From NCBI GenBank assembly GCA_030167865.1, contig JALAGF010005949.1, forward strand, positions 1 through 52,177: 52,177 nt of DNA. Direction: 5' to 3'. This DNA comes from Craspedostauros australis (lineage: Eukaryota). This document shows positions 1-12,735 of this stretch, piece after piece (positions within the stretch are counted from its first letter, which is position 1; every line of letters starts with the position of its first letter). The translations under genes were made by a program, and so were the position numbers. The notes beneath the pieces were generated by a model. It had not been told where the DNA came from. It ran no database searches and saw nothing but the letters and a program-made list of their open reading frames with translations.

Positions 1-3000
1 ACGTCGACACAGAAGACATCATCGCCACATCATGGGTCATCTCCACATCAGAACAAGATCGCAGAGGTGCAATGACCGAGAGCTAACCTTGAAGACAGCA
101 ACACGAGATACATCTCAATGAAGATAACATAGAACCAGAAGTCACTCAACCCAAACAGAGTCTTCACTCACCAGCTCGTCACCTTCGTCCTGAAAGACTT
201 GATCTCTCTTGAAGGACTCGTGTGATTTCGCTGTGTACATTACGAGATAACACACGATGTACGAGTACTTCTCTCTATACGATATGGCCTGCTTGCAGAA
301 TCAAATGATTTGACCTGCTTGATGATGCTGATGCTGATACAAAGACCGAAGGTGCTCGATACACCGTGAGCTGCACTCATTTTCGTTCCTCACACCACTC
401 CGCTCCAACCTGTGCGCTCACTATTGCTCGACGTGACATCATTTCTGCCCCTCAGACGACGGTTGCGTGTTGACATCATCTTTGTCGGAAAGGGAGTGGG
501 AGATCTTGATGCACTAGCATGGACATGTCACTCCTCTTCATCTTTAAGAAGGGATGCAATGCAACGCGGCGCGACGCGACGTAAACATCAAAAGGGCGCC
601 AGTTTCATTGTTTAGAAGCATTACTTGCAGAGGTACACGCACCACACGTACATCAGAGCAGAGCAGTATTCCAATTCCCATAGCAATACCAAGAACAACA
701 CCAATAACAACATAGACAACGATGTCCAAACTAGCCACTCAGCAAAAGATCACCTCGGTATCCCCTGTTTCTGTCACGAGGCGGACTCGTAGAGAGTTGC
801 GGTACCAATACAAAACAGTGCAACCACCGAAATACCCAATCCTTCCGGAACACGATCCCAACTCCCAAATCGAGTTGCTGTTCATTTGAATGCGACATGT
901 GTACGACCTCGACATGGAAAGTGCGCAGAGCGGAGCCAGTGGTAGCTCGGAGCGCACCGCCACAGATAGTAGAATAGAATAGAGTCCCCATTGGAGCTGG
1001 AAAGGAGGCATGATCTTGTCTTTCCTGTACTTTGATTTCTGATTGCATTGCGATTAGATTTGCAATCGCATACTGTAATCTACTCCACATACTTTCGCGC
1101 TTTCGTCAAGCGTCGGCAGATGCCTCCATCACGCACAGGACTCGTATGTATACATACTATAATATTCAACGTGTCAGTGTCATGGCGACAACTAAACATC
1201 TTCGTGCACCAAAGCAGAGAGATGCGAGGAGACGTCCCCACCGTGGACACGTTACGAGTCGCATGCTGGACTCTGATCAGAATAGTCTCTCTCTCCAGAG
1301 CATGTACTCTTCCGCTTCTCGTGCCGTTGTTCTCGGGACCTTTGTCTGTCCCAATGGTCCGCAGAGACTGGGAATCGGGCTGAGCCCAACACCAGAGCGT
1401 ACCAGGATGGCGGACAGCATCCGAAAAGTTCAAACATCACAAGCAACAACACCAAAGCAGAGGCTTAGCTGCAATGCACTTGCGGCGATACTTTGCGCCA
1501 GATGTATCGAATACCTGGTGCTCCTTGTACATTTTCCTCAGCCAAAGAACAACGGTATTTGGCACCAGGCCACAAACCTTCACAACCAATCGCATGCATG
1601 ATGTGATCGGAGTACCACATCGCACAGCACCAGTCGTACTTTGCGCAATGCAGACAGAAGCATCATGGCAAATACGGTGCTCTGCTCCCCGCATTGCCAT
1701 CACCATGGTGGGATCATAACCGCGACGCCCGTGGCCACCGCACGAGCTGAAGAAGAGTGGACACAACAGACTTGATAATGTGGGCATCTCACGATCATGG
1801 TAGTGTTGCTCTTTTCGCTTGAGTTCGCTCGATGGTGTTCCTCATGACGCCCGTCTCAGCCCCCACACAACATCACGACAATTTGTTGGCGATTGCCACG
1901 TCATCTGCATGGTTCCACGTAATCTAAGAGGAGACAAGCGGTTTGTCGTGGTCTGAAACAACCTTGTGGTCTTTCTGTTCTGCAATTGTACAGTAACTTA
2001 GACGCCCTCAAACCGTCATAACAGCGCATTTTGCTGAAGATACTCGCTGCGTCACTTATTGCCACATTTTGAAGAATTCGCAGTGGTAAAAATTGCTGGC
2101 CAGTGATGCAACCGAAGTTCAACGAAAAAACGCAAACGTACCGCACTTCACCTCAGGCGAATGACAGGCACCTCCACCAACTTGCAACGCGGCTCCTTTT
2201 GTATTGTAGCGCAACAAAGAGTAGTCCGACATAGCGCAGACCGTATCTCCCACGCTATGGACGAGGAGCTCGTAAGCATGGTGCTCCACGGCTATTCTGC
2301 GTAACGAGCTGCACCTACGACCTGGGAGAATACGCACACTGATGCGAGTGAGCGCTCAAGGCATTACACACACCAATGTAATCGTAGATACGTATGGCCG
2401 AAGCAGCCCATCGTGGGGAACCATACCAAGAGTTCGGCGTTGTGGGCACAACACATAGCCAGTGGCTCGTTGGGTGCAGCCATGTGCGCGTGAGAGCAAC
2501 ACGAACGAGACTGAGTGGGAGGACATGCTTGGTGCGAATCTGTTTCTTTCGCCTTTGAGTTTTGTCCAGGTTCGGTGGGGCTGTTTTGTTCTACGAACTG
2601 AGGACAAAGACCAGACTGGACATTTGTACGGAGCGTTGCTCGCAACAGACTGCGAAGGTGTCACAGCGTGCAGACCAGTGGTTGATTTTTGTCCCCGGAA
2701 CGGCGTCATTGTACCACACGTGGAGACCTACCCGCGCAAAAGCTGATTCCGCACAACCGAAGCCCGAACGCTTGCCAGGTCACAACCGTCCATTGTTCAC
2801 CTTCCGCCCCGGTTCCTTCACCCTCTCTCTCTCTCTCTGGACCGCCGTGCCTTTCCCCGTCTCGACACCCAACACTGATTCGAATGTCTCGAACCCGTTC
2901 AAATCGGCATTCTTCCTCTCTTTTAATACCTAATCTTCGATCTCCCCGGCCATCCAGATCATCTGCCCGACAGACTTAACTCTCCTCCTGCTCTCGTTGG

Positions 3001-3404
3001 CGCTTGGAGTTGCTTGGGTACCACACCACGAGGGGTGGCACTCGCTCCTCTTCGTACTGCTCTACGCGGTTGGTACATTCTTTCTTCTCGACACCATTTC
3101 CGCTCACATCGGATCACATCACATCGCGCACACACCTCAGATGTGCATGAAAGACGCTTGCCGTCTTGCCGCAGCCCTTTTCATTCCATCACCACCCTGT
3201 CACACATTGCACTGCAACACAGCCCAGCCGAGCGCACAACATCAGCACCCCACAACAAGATAACATTGGCCAACACAAAGACGACCACAGGCACAGTAAG
3301 TGTGTGTGAACGAACAAAAGACGCCCTGTCAGAAATTCGACAGTGCTCTGCGCATTACTCTTACCCACATCACTTGACAACCAATCCACCCCGACGCTGC
3401 TCCT

Positions 3405-5975
3405 ATGAACCGGAAGCTGGCGAATCCAAGCGGACACAGAGATGTTGTCAAAGACCCGCAAGTCGACACATCCAACAAACCGACCAATGAAGATACCAAT
3501 ACACATGGATCGCAACGCCATCGTTTGCAAGATCCAATGACGCGGGTCAAGCGCACGGCAGGACATCTGGCTGAAAACCAATCTGGTGACGGTGCTCACG
3601 GAAAGGGCGATGCCAAGGATAACAACATAGACGAGGATATAGGCGATGGTGAGATCATCGCAATGGATCAACGCAAGAGTCTCATACTCGAAAGCCACGC
3701 TTCCGGCACGCCGATGGCAGCAGTGCGATTGGGAGCTAAAGATCCAATCACGAATGCAGGCCTGGGATCTCGCAAAATCGAAAGTGCACCGCGTCTCCAG
3801 CAGCCAACAGCCAGGAACATCAGCCACCCACGCAGCCAACAGCTGGCAGCATCACTGTCCTCGCTGACAACATCGCCATCGTCTTCGCTTAGTCTGCGAC
3901 CTCCGCCTGCCTCGTCTTCGTTGCCATTGCAATTGCAGCTGCAAGTGCCGTTGCAAACACCGCATGCACAGCTATCACGAGGGATATCCTGGCCACTGTC
4001 GTCGAGGATGATGGCCGCAGCCGTGCCAACCGTCATGGGTGGGACGTCGACGAATCAAGCCAACACCCATCCGAGGAGAAGTGAGAAGGCAAAGCAAAGG
4101 TCCGTGGAAGACATGACGCCAATGCCTTCGAGCAGGAAACGCGCTGCTGCCAATGCACCGGCACCCAGATCCAAAAGCACAATGTCGTGTGCCATCACGA
4201 AGAACAAATTATCACTATCGCCATCACCTTCGATCGTGGCACACCCACATGGCACGAACATGGATACAGCGCGTGAAGACGTCGATACAGGCCACGAGAC
4301 GAGCGGGGACGAGGTTGGTGAAAGCATGGTGCCTTTGGAGGATTCATTGCTGGCCATGGATGAAGCGTTGAACAGCATTCGCAGAAAGGGCGCGCTTGAG
4401 AAAGTCATATTTCTGAACCAGAAATACGCCCGGAATACATCCCTTCGACTCATGTTCCTCCGTGCCAACGATTTCGATCCTGCAAAGGCGGCTCAGCACC
4501 TGGCCAACCACTTTGAACACAAGCTGATACTATTTGGCTTATACAAGCTTGCCCAGGACATCGAATGGGACGATCTCGATCAGGATGATCGATCATCGTA
4601 CCGTGGCCAATCTTACGCCACCTTCCCCACGCTGACAGATGGTATGGGAAGGCCCGTGCTCTTCTCGAACAGCGGTATCCAACCATTGGGCAGTACTCTC
4701 AATCAAAGAAGAGCGGCCTGGTACGCGACGATGAGATCTCTGGATTCATCGAGTATCGCACAACAACAAGGCTTCATCTCCATCTTTTGGGCGCTCGATA
4801 TTGAATCGTCAATACGAAAGAAGGAATGCTCCAGTGTCTTCCAGATCTCAGCCATCATGCGCAGGGTACTCCCAATACGTGTCGGTGCTTCCTTCCTTTG
4901 TGCCTCGACGGAGAATGTTGCAGCTAGACTCACGGTCGCAGCTCGATCAACACTCCCTCTTTCAGAGTCAAGTTCTGAGATCCAGGTTTGGTGTGGTACG
5001 TTGAATTGTTCAATCATGCCAATGTTGGCGCATGGCTTGTTTGAATGAACTCCTATTCCATGCAATCGTGGTGAAATTGATGATACAATGATGAACAAGA
5101 TCGCATCGCATGTTGATTCATCTTCTCTGCCTGCTTCACGGAGACACGGACACGTGAACGAGGACATTGATAACTGTCTGGGTGGATGGCTGTCTGGGTG
5201 TCTGAACGTCACGATGATTCTCTTGACCAATGCACGCTTATCGATGACTAACCCGCATATCTTTGATCCATGTCTGGTTTGCATGCTTGTTCGTTTGGTT
5301 GCTTTCTTGGCTGCTTGGTTGGTTGCATTGCTGCTGTGCTCACCTTCATCGCTCACATCGACATCACCATAATCTCATTACCATCCCGGTTCGCCAAAAT
5401 GAAACGAAACGGGCACTGATTCGTCGCCTACTCTACGCGTGGATGTCTGCTGCCACTACGTATGCCTGCGCGGTACACATGGACAACCCACTATCATGCA
5501 AGGTTCATCTTCGGAATGCCATGGCGCTTTGGTGGCACATGGGATACCAACAACGAGCCTCGTCTTCAACGGAGATGGCAGTGCCATGGCCCTGAGCACC
5601 TTCGATGCCCTGCACAGGATACGCACCACTGAAGAGCAGGCCAGGATGCTGGAGCGACAGAGACAGCTGGGCACGAGGATCTCATGTCCCGCTGGAAATG
5701 ATGTCGTGCTGGGACGAGGGAATCCTTTCCAGACCTACCCTGGAAATCTGCAGCTCGCCGTGATGATCCGTGACCAGAAAGACCGCCACAGCAGGGCTCC
5801 CGATCGCATGGCCAAGACTGCCATCACTGTTGCGATCATGACGGCGATCAAGCTCGCCGGTGGTCGGTTCCTGAAGCGCTGTGATGATGGGACTTGGAGC
5901 GAGGTGGAAGACGATGTGGCACGCGAGAAGATTGCTATGGGCTTTCGTAATCTTGCGAGGCAGAGCACAGGGTAG
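3405..5975 (+). CDS. CRAL-TRIO (Sec14-like) + C-terminal DUF6824-type domain protein, paralogue 1; exons 3405-4995 and 5503-5975 (~687 aa)
   Basis: CRAL-TRIO N-motif LRLMFLRANDFDPAKAAQHLANHF, then DGMGRPVLF and LPIRVGASFLC. Donor G|GTACGT at 4996 and acceptor AG at 5501-5502 give in-frame QVWCG-SSSECHGALVAHGIP, matching HFGSHMECQYLLRSYGIP in paralogue 2. C-terminal NDVVLGRG..YPGN..GGRFL..WSEV..AREKIAMGFRN. The start codon is uncertain (long disordered N-terminus). Confidence 0.82.
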
Positions 5976-7350
5976 GCAGCGACCTTGGCGCTTCGCATGA
6001 CATGGCATGACATGGCATACGTGCCAGTAAGCCCCTGCAGCGACGATTGCGATGAAGACTTGGGATGATGTTCCCTCGCATCGTCGCTGCGGCGGCAAAT
6101 CCACAGAGGTACCGTGAACGCACCGGAAATCCGCGAAGTATCACGCGGCGCCCATTCGCAAGATCACCAAACGTCTTCGATGGCGCTCGAAGCTTGAATC
6201 AACGGCCATCGATCGCGAAGTACGAAGCGACGGCCGAGTTCATTGGCGAGACCGCCCAATGATGGAATGGATCGTTCAAACCTATACGGAACGAGTAAGA
6301 GCGAACAAACTTCTCCGTACTTCTCCCTTCATTGCAATGGTATCCAATCGCCCATCAGACACTCATTTGTTGATGGATGCGACCCTTTTGCCAGGGCGTC
6401 GAAGAGCACACAGCAACAAACGTGTGCATGCTTCGGAATACTTCTGTTCGATGTGGAGGCATTGGAAGCAACATGGCAACGTATAATGTAAAAGTACAAT
6501 CCCAATACACGCAAACAATGAGAAATACACCATCACACGGAAAGTGCTGACAGCGGAGCCTAAGTGCTCTTGAGATCATGGCCTGCGTACCACATGTACG
6601 ACAATGACAATGGCGCATCCTGTGAGTGTCTTGGTGCCAAAATGCAATACATTCGCCTAACACGAGAAGAAAAAGAGGAGTACAGCCCATTCATCAATAC
6701 AATGGTATAATAATATACGAGCATAGTGGATAGAGTAGTAGCACGCGAGTGCTCCTAGGATTCCTTAGTCCTGAATAGCTCATACTCGTATGTCATGTTT
6801 GGCACGATAGACGCCCGACCTGGAGGAGTCTGGATTGGGACCTGCGAGGGTAACGATACTCTCTCTCTCTCTCTGCCCGGAGTACTCTCCATTCCAATTC
6901 GCCACGCTGACCAAGTTCCACACCATTTCATGCAATATTCTGCTTGATTCTCCCCGAATGGAGACTCACCCCAGTAGAGCGAGAGTGGAACGAAGGTTCC
7001 ACGACGCAAGCATTCTCATCTCATGCTTTGATGTCTACCGCCGCTCTCTGCATCTACCTCCACAACCCATCGACCGGTGCCTGAAGAATGAACGGAGATG
7101 TTAGTATCTATCTCTAGGCTTGGTTTGAAAGTCTTGCAATGGTACCGTGTTACACGAGCCGCAAACATATTTCTGTGGTGACCGTGTTCGCTGTATCATC
7201 GCTTTTCGTCGCCACATGTTCTCTGTGCTTTGACAGGCAAACAAGACCGGAAAGTCGATACCACTGCAGCACAAACACGAAAAGATCATCGTGGACGTAG
7301 CTAGTCGTACATCCTCCTGTTGTTGGTACCACTTGAGTGTGGAACTCACC

Positions 7351-7373
7351 CACACACACACACACACACACAC
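7351..7373. repeat. (CA)n microsatellite
   Basis: cacacacacacacacacacacac. Confidence 0.9.
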
Positions 7374-10300
7374 AATTCGCGGCAAATTCGCTGGTAGTTC
7401 GCAGACACAAAACACGTTGTTCCACACTGCCGCAAAAGCAGATGGTGTCGGAATCAGGTTGCATGACATCGTCGATGAACAAGAAACAAGTGCCGCCGCA
7501 ACGTTGGCCCCATCATTGCACATGCCATCAACGCCAACCGGAACAACAGCAGCTGCATGGATTCATCTGCAAGTACCACACTTGCCCGATGACAGCGAAG
7601 CGGCTTCGAATCAGATCTATCGTGCCATGTGTTCGCCGCTTGGATTTCTGATCAAACCACGTCCGCGACATGCGGTTCCGTTCGGCGTTCCATGACGTTG
7701 AACTTTTGAAAAGAGCACGATGTTGGCAGGTTCATGATGGGGGCGCATCACCTGCGGGGGATGCGAGGTTCATGCTTGTGGCATGCAGACGCTGCCATGG
7801 GTGGTGGGAGCGCTTTGATACCACTGCCTTCCCGCTCGTACATGACCTATGAGTACTGAAGCTCGCACAGAGGCGCAAGTCTGTCTGAACTGCCGACAAG
7901 GACGGATACTCTCTCGCGTGCTCAGGGAGGCATACTCCCACTTTCCACAACTAGTACGCCACCGAAGCAATGAGTCAGACGATTCTTCAACAATGCGACG
8001 TTGCTGGACGAGACCAGAATGCCGATGAAGACATTCATCATGAGATGCGGTTGCGGAACAAGAAGCCATCACAAACCATCATGTAGCAGATGGAAACGGA
8101 TGCCTGGTCTCGCTCATCTGCGACATCACGAAGGATCGATACCAACATGGCTACTGCCATGGGAATGCCCATCGTCGCAACACTCGCATGATTGCGCAAG
8201 TCACAAAGGTGCTGTCGATAATACGACCCACTGAATAGATCGCCATGGAACGTCCATCCGCGATCACAGCAATTGCATCACCAACCCCAATCAATCATAT
8301 GTCTTGGGCATGCCGTCAACAGCCCTGCCCTACTCTTCAGCGTCTTGAATTGGGAACATGAAGAGGACCAAGCCTGGGCGAAGAATGGAATGCTGCACTC
8401 TGTATGGAGTACACGTTGATCTACGATTATTGCCACTGCGCAGGCGCACATGGTTCGATCGTTCCAAAGCCTGTACCGTTGTGGAAGTGGCACGCTCCAC
8501 CGATAGCATCCAATCTCAAGGCACACATGACAAGGCATGCATCACAGGGCCACTATCCCGGGTGGCAGAGCGTGCTTCCAGGCTGTTCGACATCAAGACG
8601 ATCTCAGCACCGTGTTTGAGTGGATGCGAAGAGATGTGTCGGATACTCTGCCAATTGTTACGAATGAATCAAGCGCGTTGGTGGTGAGAATGCGTTGGCA
8701 TGCCACCATCTTCAATGATGACGACAGAAACGGACCGTGCTCCCGACACTCGGTCCAAGATGCCTGCAACAACAGCATCGCACTCCACTGCATTGTCCAA
8801 AACATGAAAAGTGAGAACCAACCCCCGTTGCAACGAGTGATTCCGTCGAGGATAGTAATGAGAGACGACCCGATACTCACACCTACCTTCGTTTCAAGCT
8901 ACTCTATCTTCGAACTGTCGCAAAACACAGAAATTGAGAGAGCATGATGGGTACGTGCCACACACATCCTCCTCCACAACAGAACCACCAATCAAAGCCG
9001 CCGTCTCCAAGCCCCACGATGCGACCATCGCATCTCCTTCCCACCCGCACAACGCGTCGGTACGCCGTGGTGCTTTCGAGCTATTATACTATTACCAACA
9101 CAAGGACGAGCGGGCCATCATCCAAATTCAGCACCGCATAGTGGGCACCGGCTTGCTTGTTTGGCCACCGACCCGTCAGTGGTTCACAGCAACTACAGGA
9201 GCATGCCCATATGGACTCTCTCATTCATCGTGGGGGCGTGGTATGGTGGAATTTTTGGACGTCCAGAGACGGTCTTCCTTTGTGATTTGGCGCCAGTGGG
9301 AGCAGGCGAGCGAATGCTCGGATGAATGGTCGGATCCGACCACTGAGTTTCGCCTGAAACAAGACCAGACGCAGGCAAGCTGGTGGTCACGCCGTTCCAT
9401 CTCGGCCAGCCTCAACTTCATGGTGCCGCAACTGCACCATGAAACGCAGGAAAGACCAAAGGAGTCAAGATCGATTTGAAGTTTGGGGAGAAGTGGATAC
9501 GGCCCAGCGCAGCGTGAAACACGTGATACTTCTCTTCAAGTGGTGCAAGTGAAGCAGCAGAGTGCGTCGATGTGCATCCGCATTCGAAGCCACCAAGAGT
9601 GGCGGGTAAAGATCAGACACTCGGAAATAACCATGGCGACCGTATCACGACGTTGATTTCAGCGCAAGTGCGTCACGCCATTTGAGCACCGCCCATCGTG
9701 TCGCACTGGGCGGTTTGAACAATGACACAATTGTGCTTGTACCGTCTCGTCCACGAGGCAACCGCAAGGCATGTGCGTGCGGAGGCGGCAAGACAACACA
9801 TGAGGAGAGCAGATTCAAAGTCGAAGCCATCCCTCACGCAATGCAATTGGTGACATCAATAACGACCATTTGACTTGCTGCCAGTAAGTGAGTGGGAATG
9901 TGAGCAAGTTTATGCTCGTGGTACTATCCCTTGTGAGCGTTTTCTTGTGTTGCCGCAAAGCGACGATGGAAGATGTCAGCTCTCCGCACCCTAATTTCAG
10001 GGGAGAGCCTATTCTGTCAATCGTGCATAGATCGTACAGGTGCGGCGTGCCCTCTCGAAACGTGACGAATTGCGTATCGGTGACGAATACCACGACTAAC
10101 TTTTGTTCTCTCATGGTCTTCGCGCTCGCTTCGCAATGCGAAGATCTGATACCGCCACGCACTCTTGTGCCTCCTGGTGCTCCTTTCCCTGCTGCGACAT
10201 CGTGGCGATGTCATGTTCTATTGTTCCGCAAGGAAGCGGGTAGAAAGACGGACGAATGTGCTCTGTGCAATTAGCTCAATACGATCACGCAAAAAGACGC

Positions 10301-10643
10301 ACAATCTCTCTTTGCGCCTTGTTGTGACCGCATCAGTCTACAATTACTCTACTCGTGCTTATGGCGCCGCTTCGTGGATCGCGTTGCTGGCACAACGTTG
10401 CTGGGGCCTTTCCGTCGCCGTCGTGTTGTTTCGCTGGGGTGACTCCTCTCAACTTGCACGGAACCGACAGGAAGAAGATCGAGGATAGCAACAAACGCAG
10501 CCGCAAGTGCAACCAGCGGTTGCGTTGCAATTGACCACGTCCGCATCCATACGATCGGACAGTCGCACGAGTGCGCATAATAGAGAGGAGAGACACAACA
10601 TCGAGAATCGAGAACAGAGGCGCAACACGAACCACGCAGCACC

Positions 10644-12359
10644 ATGAAGCGGCACCTGAAAGCACGAATCGAGAACAGCAGGACTGGCGAACACAAGGAC
10701 GAGACGGGCGTGTTCGTCGGCGACGATGACGAGACGGTGCGATCGCTCAAGGTGCCGCGCATCGACAGAGCGCAAGCGGCCGTGTCCCCCTCCAGCGATC
10801 GCAGCGAAAGCGTTTGCAACGCCAACTGGCCATTCTGCTTGCCGAGCATCCATCAAGTGAGCGTGGGACAACACCATGCGCTGGGCGGAGCTTCGCCTGG
10901 ATTTGGCCATGCCATCAACAGTCTGTCGGTGCCTTTGGCCGGGGCCGGCTTCAGCAGGAACGCAGCCATCGCAGGCAACATGAGCATGAATCTGGGAATG
11001 AGCGTCAACATGAGCTCGTACTTGCATCAGCAGACTCGCAGCTTGGGCGCGGCACCCCAGCCAGTGAGATCGGCGGGGGCGGCGCTGCCAGTTGCGGATC
11101 TGGGCAACGTCAACGAGATGCTGGCTGCCGATCTCAGCAAGCTCTCGCTCAAGGAGCAGGAGGTCGTGCAACGCGACATCATCGGCCAGTTCCAAATCAA
11201 CAAGGAGGAGCCAGCTTTCGTACAGCAGTGTCTCAAGCAGATTAGGGATGAGATCGCGCTGTCGAGGAAGAAGAGCGCCTACGACAAGGCCGCCTTCCTC
11301 TCGCCCGGTTTCGTCAACAACGACAGCTTCCTGCTCATGTTCCTGCGCGCGGAATGCTTCAATGCTCTCGCGGCGGCCCAGCGCGTCATCGATCACTTCG
11401 AGGTCAAGGCCTCGCTCTTCGGCGGCGACAAGCTGGTGCAGCGCATCACGCTCAAGGATCTGGACGATGATGACAAGGCGACCTTGCTCACGGGATGCGC
11501 GCAGATGTTCCACAAGGACAAGTTCGGTCGCCTCATCTTCTGCATAGCCCACAAGCATTCGTCTTTCAAGCATGTCGAGAACAAGGAACGCGTCTTCTGG
11601 TACCTCGTCATGTCCGCCTACGAGAACGACGTGCAGGCCCAGCGCACGGGAGCGACCGTCGTCGTCTACACGCTCGGCTGCACCGTCACTGACTTTTACA
11701 GCGCGGTCACGAGGAACAGCAAGCGCAAGCTCGACAGGGCTCTGCCGATCCGCATCGGAGCCATGCACTTGTGCCTCGAGGAACCCCTGCTGCAGCCGCT
11801 CTTCTCCATCATCATCAAACCGCGTCTCAAGGAGACCAAGTTGCGAATACGCGTCCATTTCGGCTCGCACATGGAATGCCAGTACCTCCTGCGCTCCTAC
11901 GGCATCCCCAGCTCCGCCCTCCCGGTGGACCAGAATGGCAACTGGGACACCGTCGGCTTTTGCGCGCAGATCGAGCGCATCCAGTACAGGGAGCTCGAAT
12001 CCGAGGCGCGCGACATCCTCTGGCATCAAAAGAATGGACATATCACTCAACCGACCGAACGCGACATCCTGCTCGGCAGAGGCATTCCCTACCAATCCTT
12101 CGCGGGCAACCTGGCTCTCACGGCTCTCCTCGAACTGTACAAACCGCAGCACGACAGCGCCACGCGATCCACCAAGACGGCCATTTCCGCGGAGATCGTC
12201 GATCGCGTGCAGTCATCGGGCGGCCGCTTCCTCAAGCGCACCGGCGACGGCAGATGGTGGGAGACCGTGTCTGCCGAAGCCGCACGCGAGAAGGTGGCCA
12301 TGGGATTTCGCAATTTGTCGCGCAAGAAGCGTCAACGCCAGCCGAAGGCGGCGAATTGA
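10644..12359 (+). CDS. CRAL-TRIO (Sec14-like) + DUF6824-type domain protein, paralogue 2 (571 aa, intronless)
   Basis: Long ORF with strong GC3 bias. Motifs FLLMFLRAECFNALAAAQRVIDHF, KDKFGRLIF, LPIRIGAMHLC, then RDILLGRG..FAGN..GGRFLKR..WWETVS..AREKVAMGFRN and a basic tail RKKRQR. Confidence 0.88.
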   Translation: MKRHLKARIENSRTGEHKDETGVFVGDDDETVRSLKVPRIDRAQAAVSPSSDRSESVCNANWPFCLPSIHQVSVGQHHALGGASPGFGHAINSLSVPLAGAGFSRNAAIAGNMSMNLGMSVNMSSYLHQQTRSLGAAPQPVRSAGAALPVADLGNVNEMLAADLSKLSLKEQEVVQRDIIGQFQINKEEPAFVQQCLKQIRDEIALSRKKSAYDKAAFLSPGFVNNDSFLLMFLRAECFNALAAAQRVIDHFEVKASLFGGDKLVQRITLKDLDDDDKATLLTGCAQMFHKDKFGRLIFCIAHKHSSFKHVENKERVFWYLVMSAYENDVQAQRTGATVVVYTLGCTVTDFYSAVTRNSKRKLDRALPIRIGAMHLCLEEPLLQPLFSIIIKPRLKETKLRIRVHFGSHMECQYLLRSYGIPSSALPVDQNGNWDTVGFCAQIERIQYRELESEARDILWHQKNGHITQPTERDILLGRGIPYQSFAGNLALTALLELYKPQHDSATRSTKTAISAEIVDRVQSSGGRFLKRTGDGRWWETVSAEAAREKVAMGFRNLSRKKRQRQPKAAN

Positions 12360-12735
12360 TGTGGGCGCATTGATGATGAGCGGAGGCAATGGAATCAATT
12401 TCCATGCTCGATGGAGAATGCAATAGCGTGTCGCAAGTACGCCGCAAGTACGCCGAGCAAGAACACTTCACTCCGGAGGACAAACTTATTGCTCCAAGCA
12501 CGAGTTCTGATGCACACGATGGTGACGCGCCATTGACACTCGTACAGGTATTGCATGCAGATACTCTAAGCATCGAGCATTTGACATCCTCTTCGATATC
12601 AAACCTTGGCTTTCGCGCATCGATGCTACAGTGCTGTACATTCATACTGCGAGTCCAATTGTATTGTTTAACAGCCCTGTACCAATAATACTCGTACTTT
12701 CTACGTTGCCATGCCAGTATCATAGACGAACGCCA

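Noticed and set aside
1..3400. Several 60-190 aa ORFs at the window start
   Set aside because: No motifs, no coding-type codon bias and mostly non-ATG starts; treated as intergenic.
8934..9479. 181-aa ORF
   Set aside because: TTG start, no recognisable domain and no codon bias; cannot be supported as a gene.
10449..12152. 567-aa antisense ORF over paralogue 2 (similar antisense ORFs at 31264-32343, 38730-39875, 23591-24559 and 13327-14061)
   Set aside because: These are shadow ORFs expected from strong GC3 codon bias on the coding strand, with no recognisable motifs.
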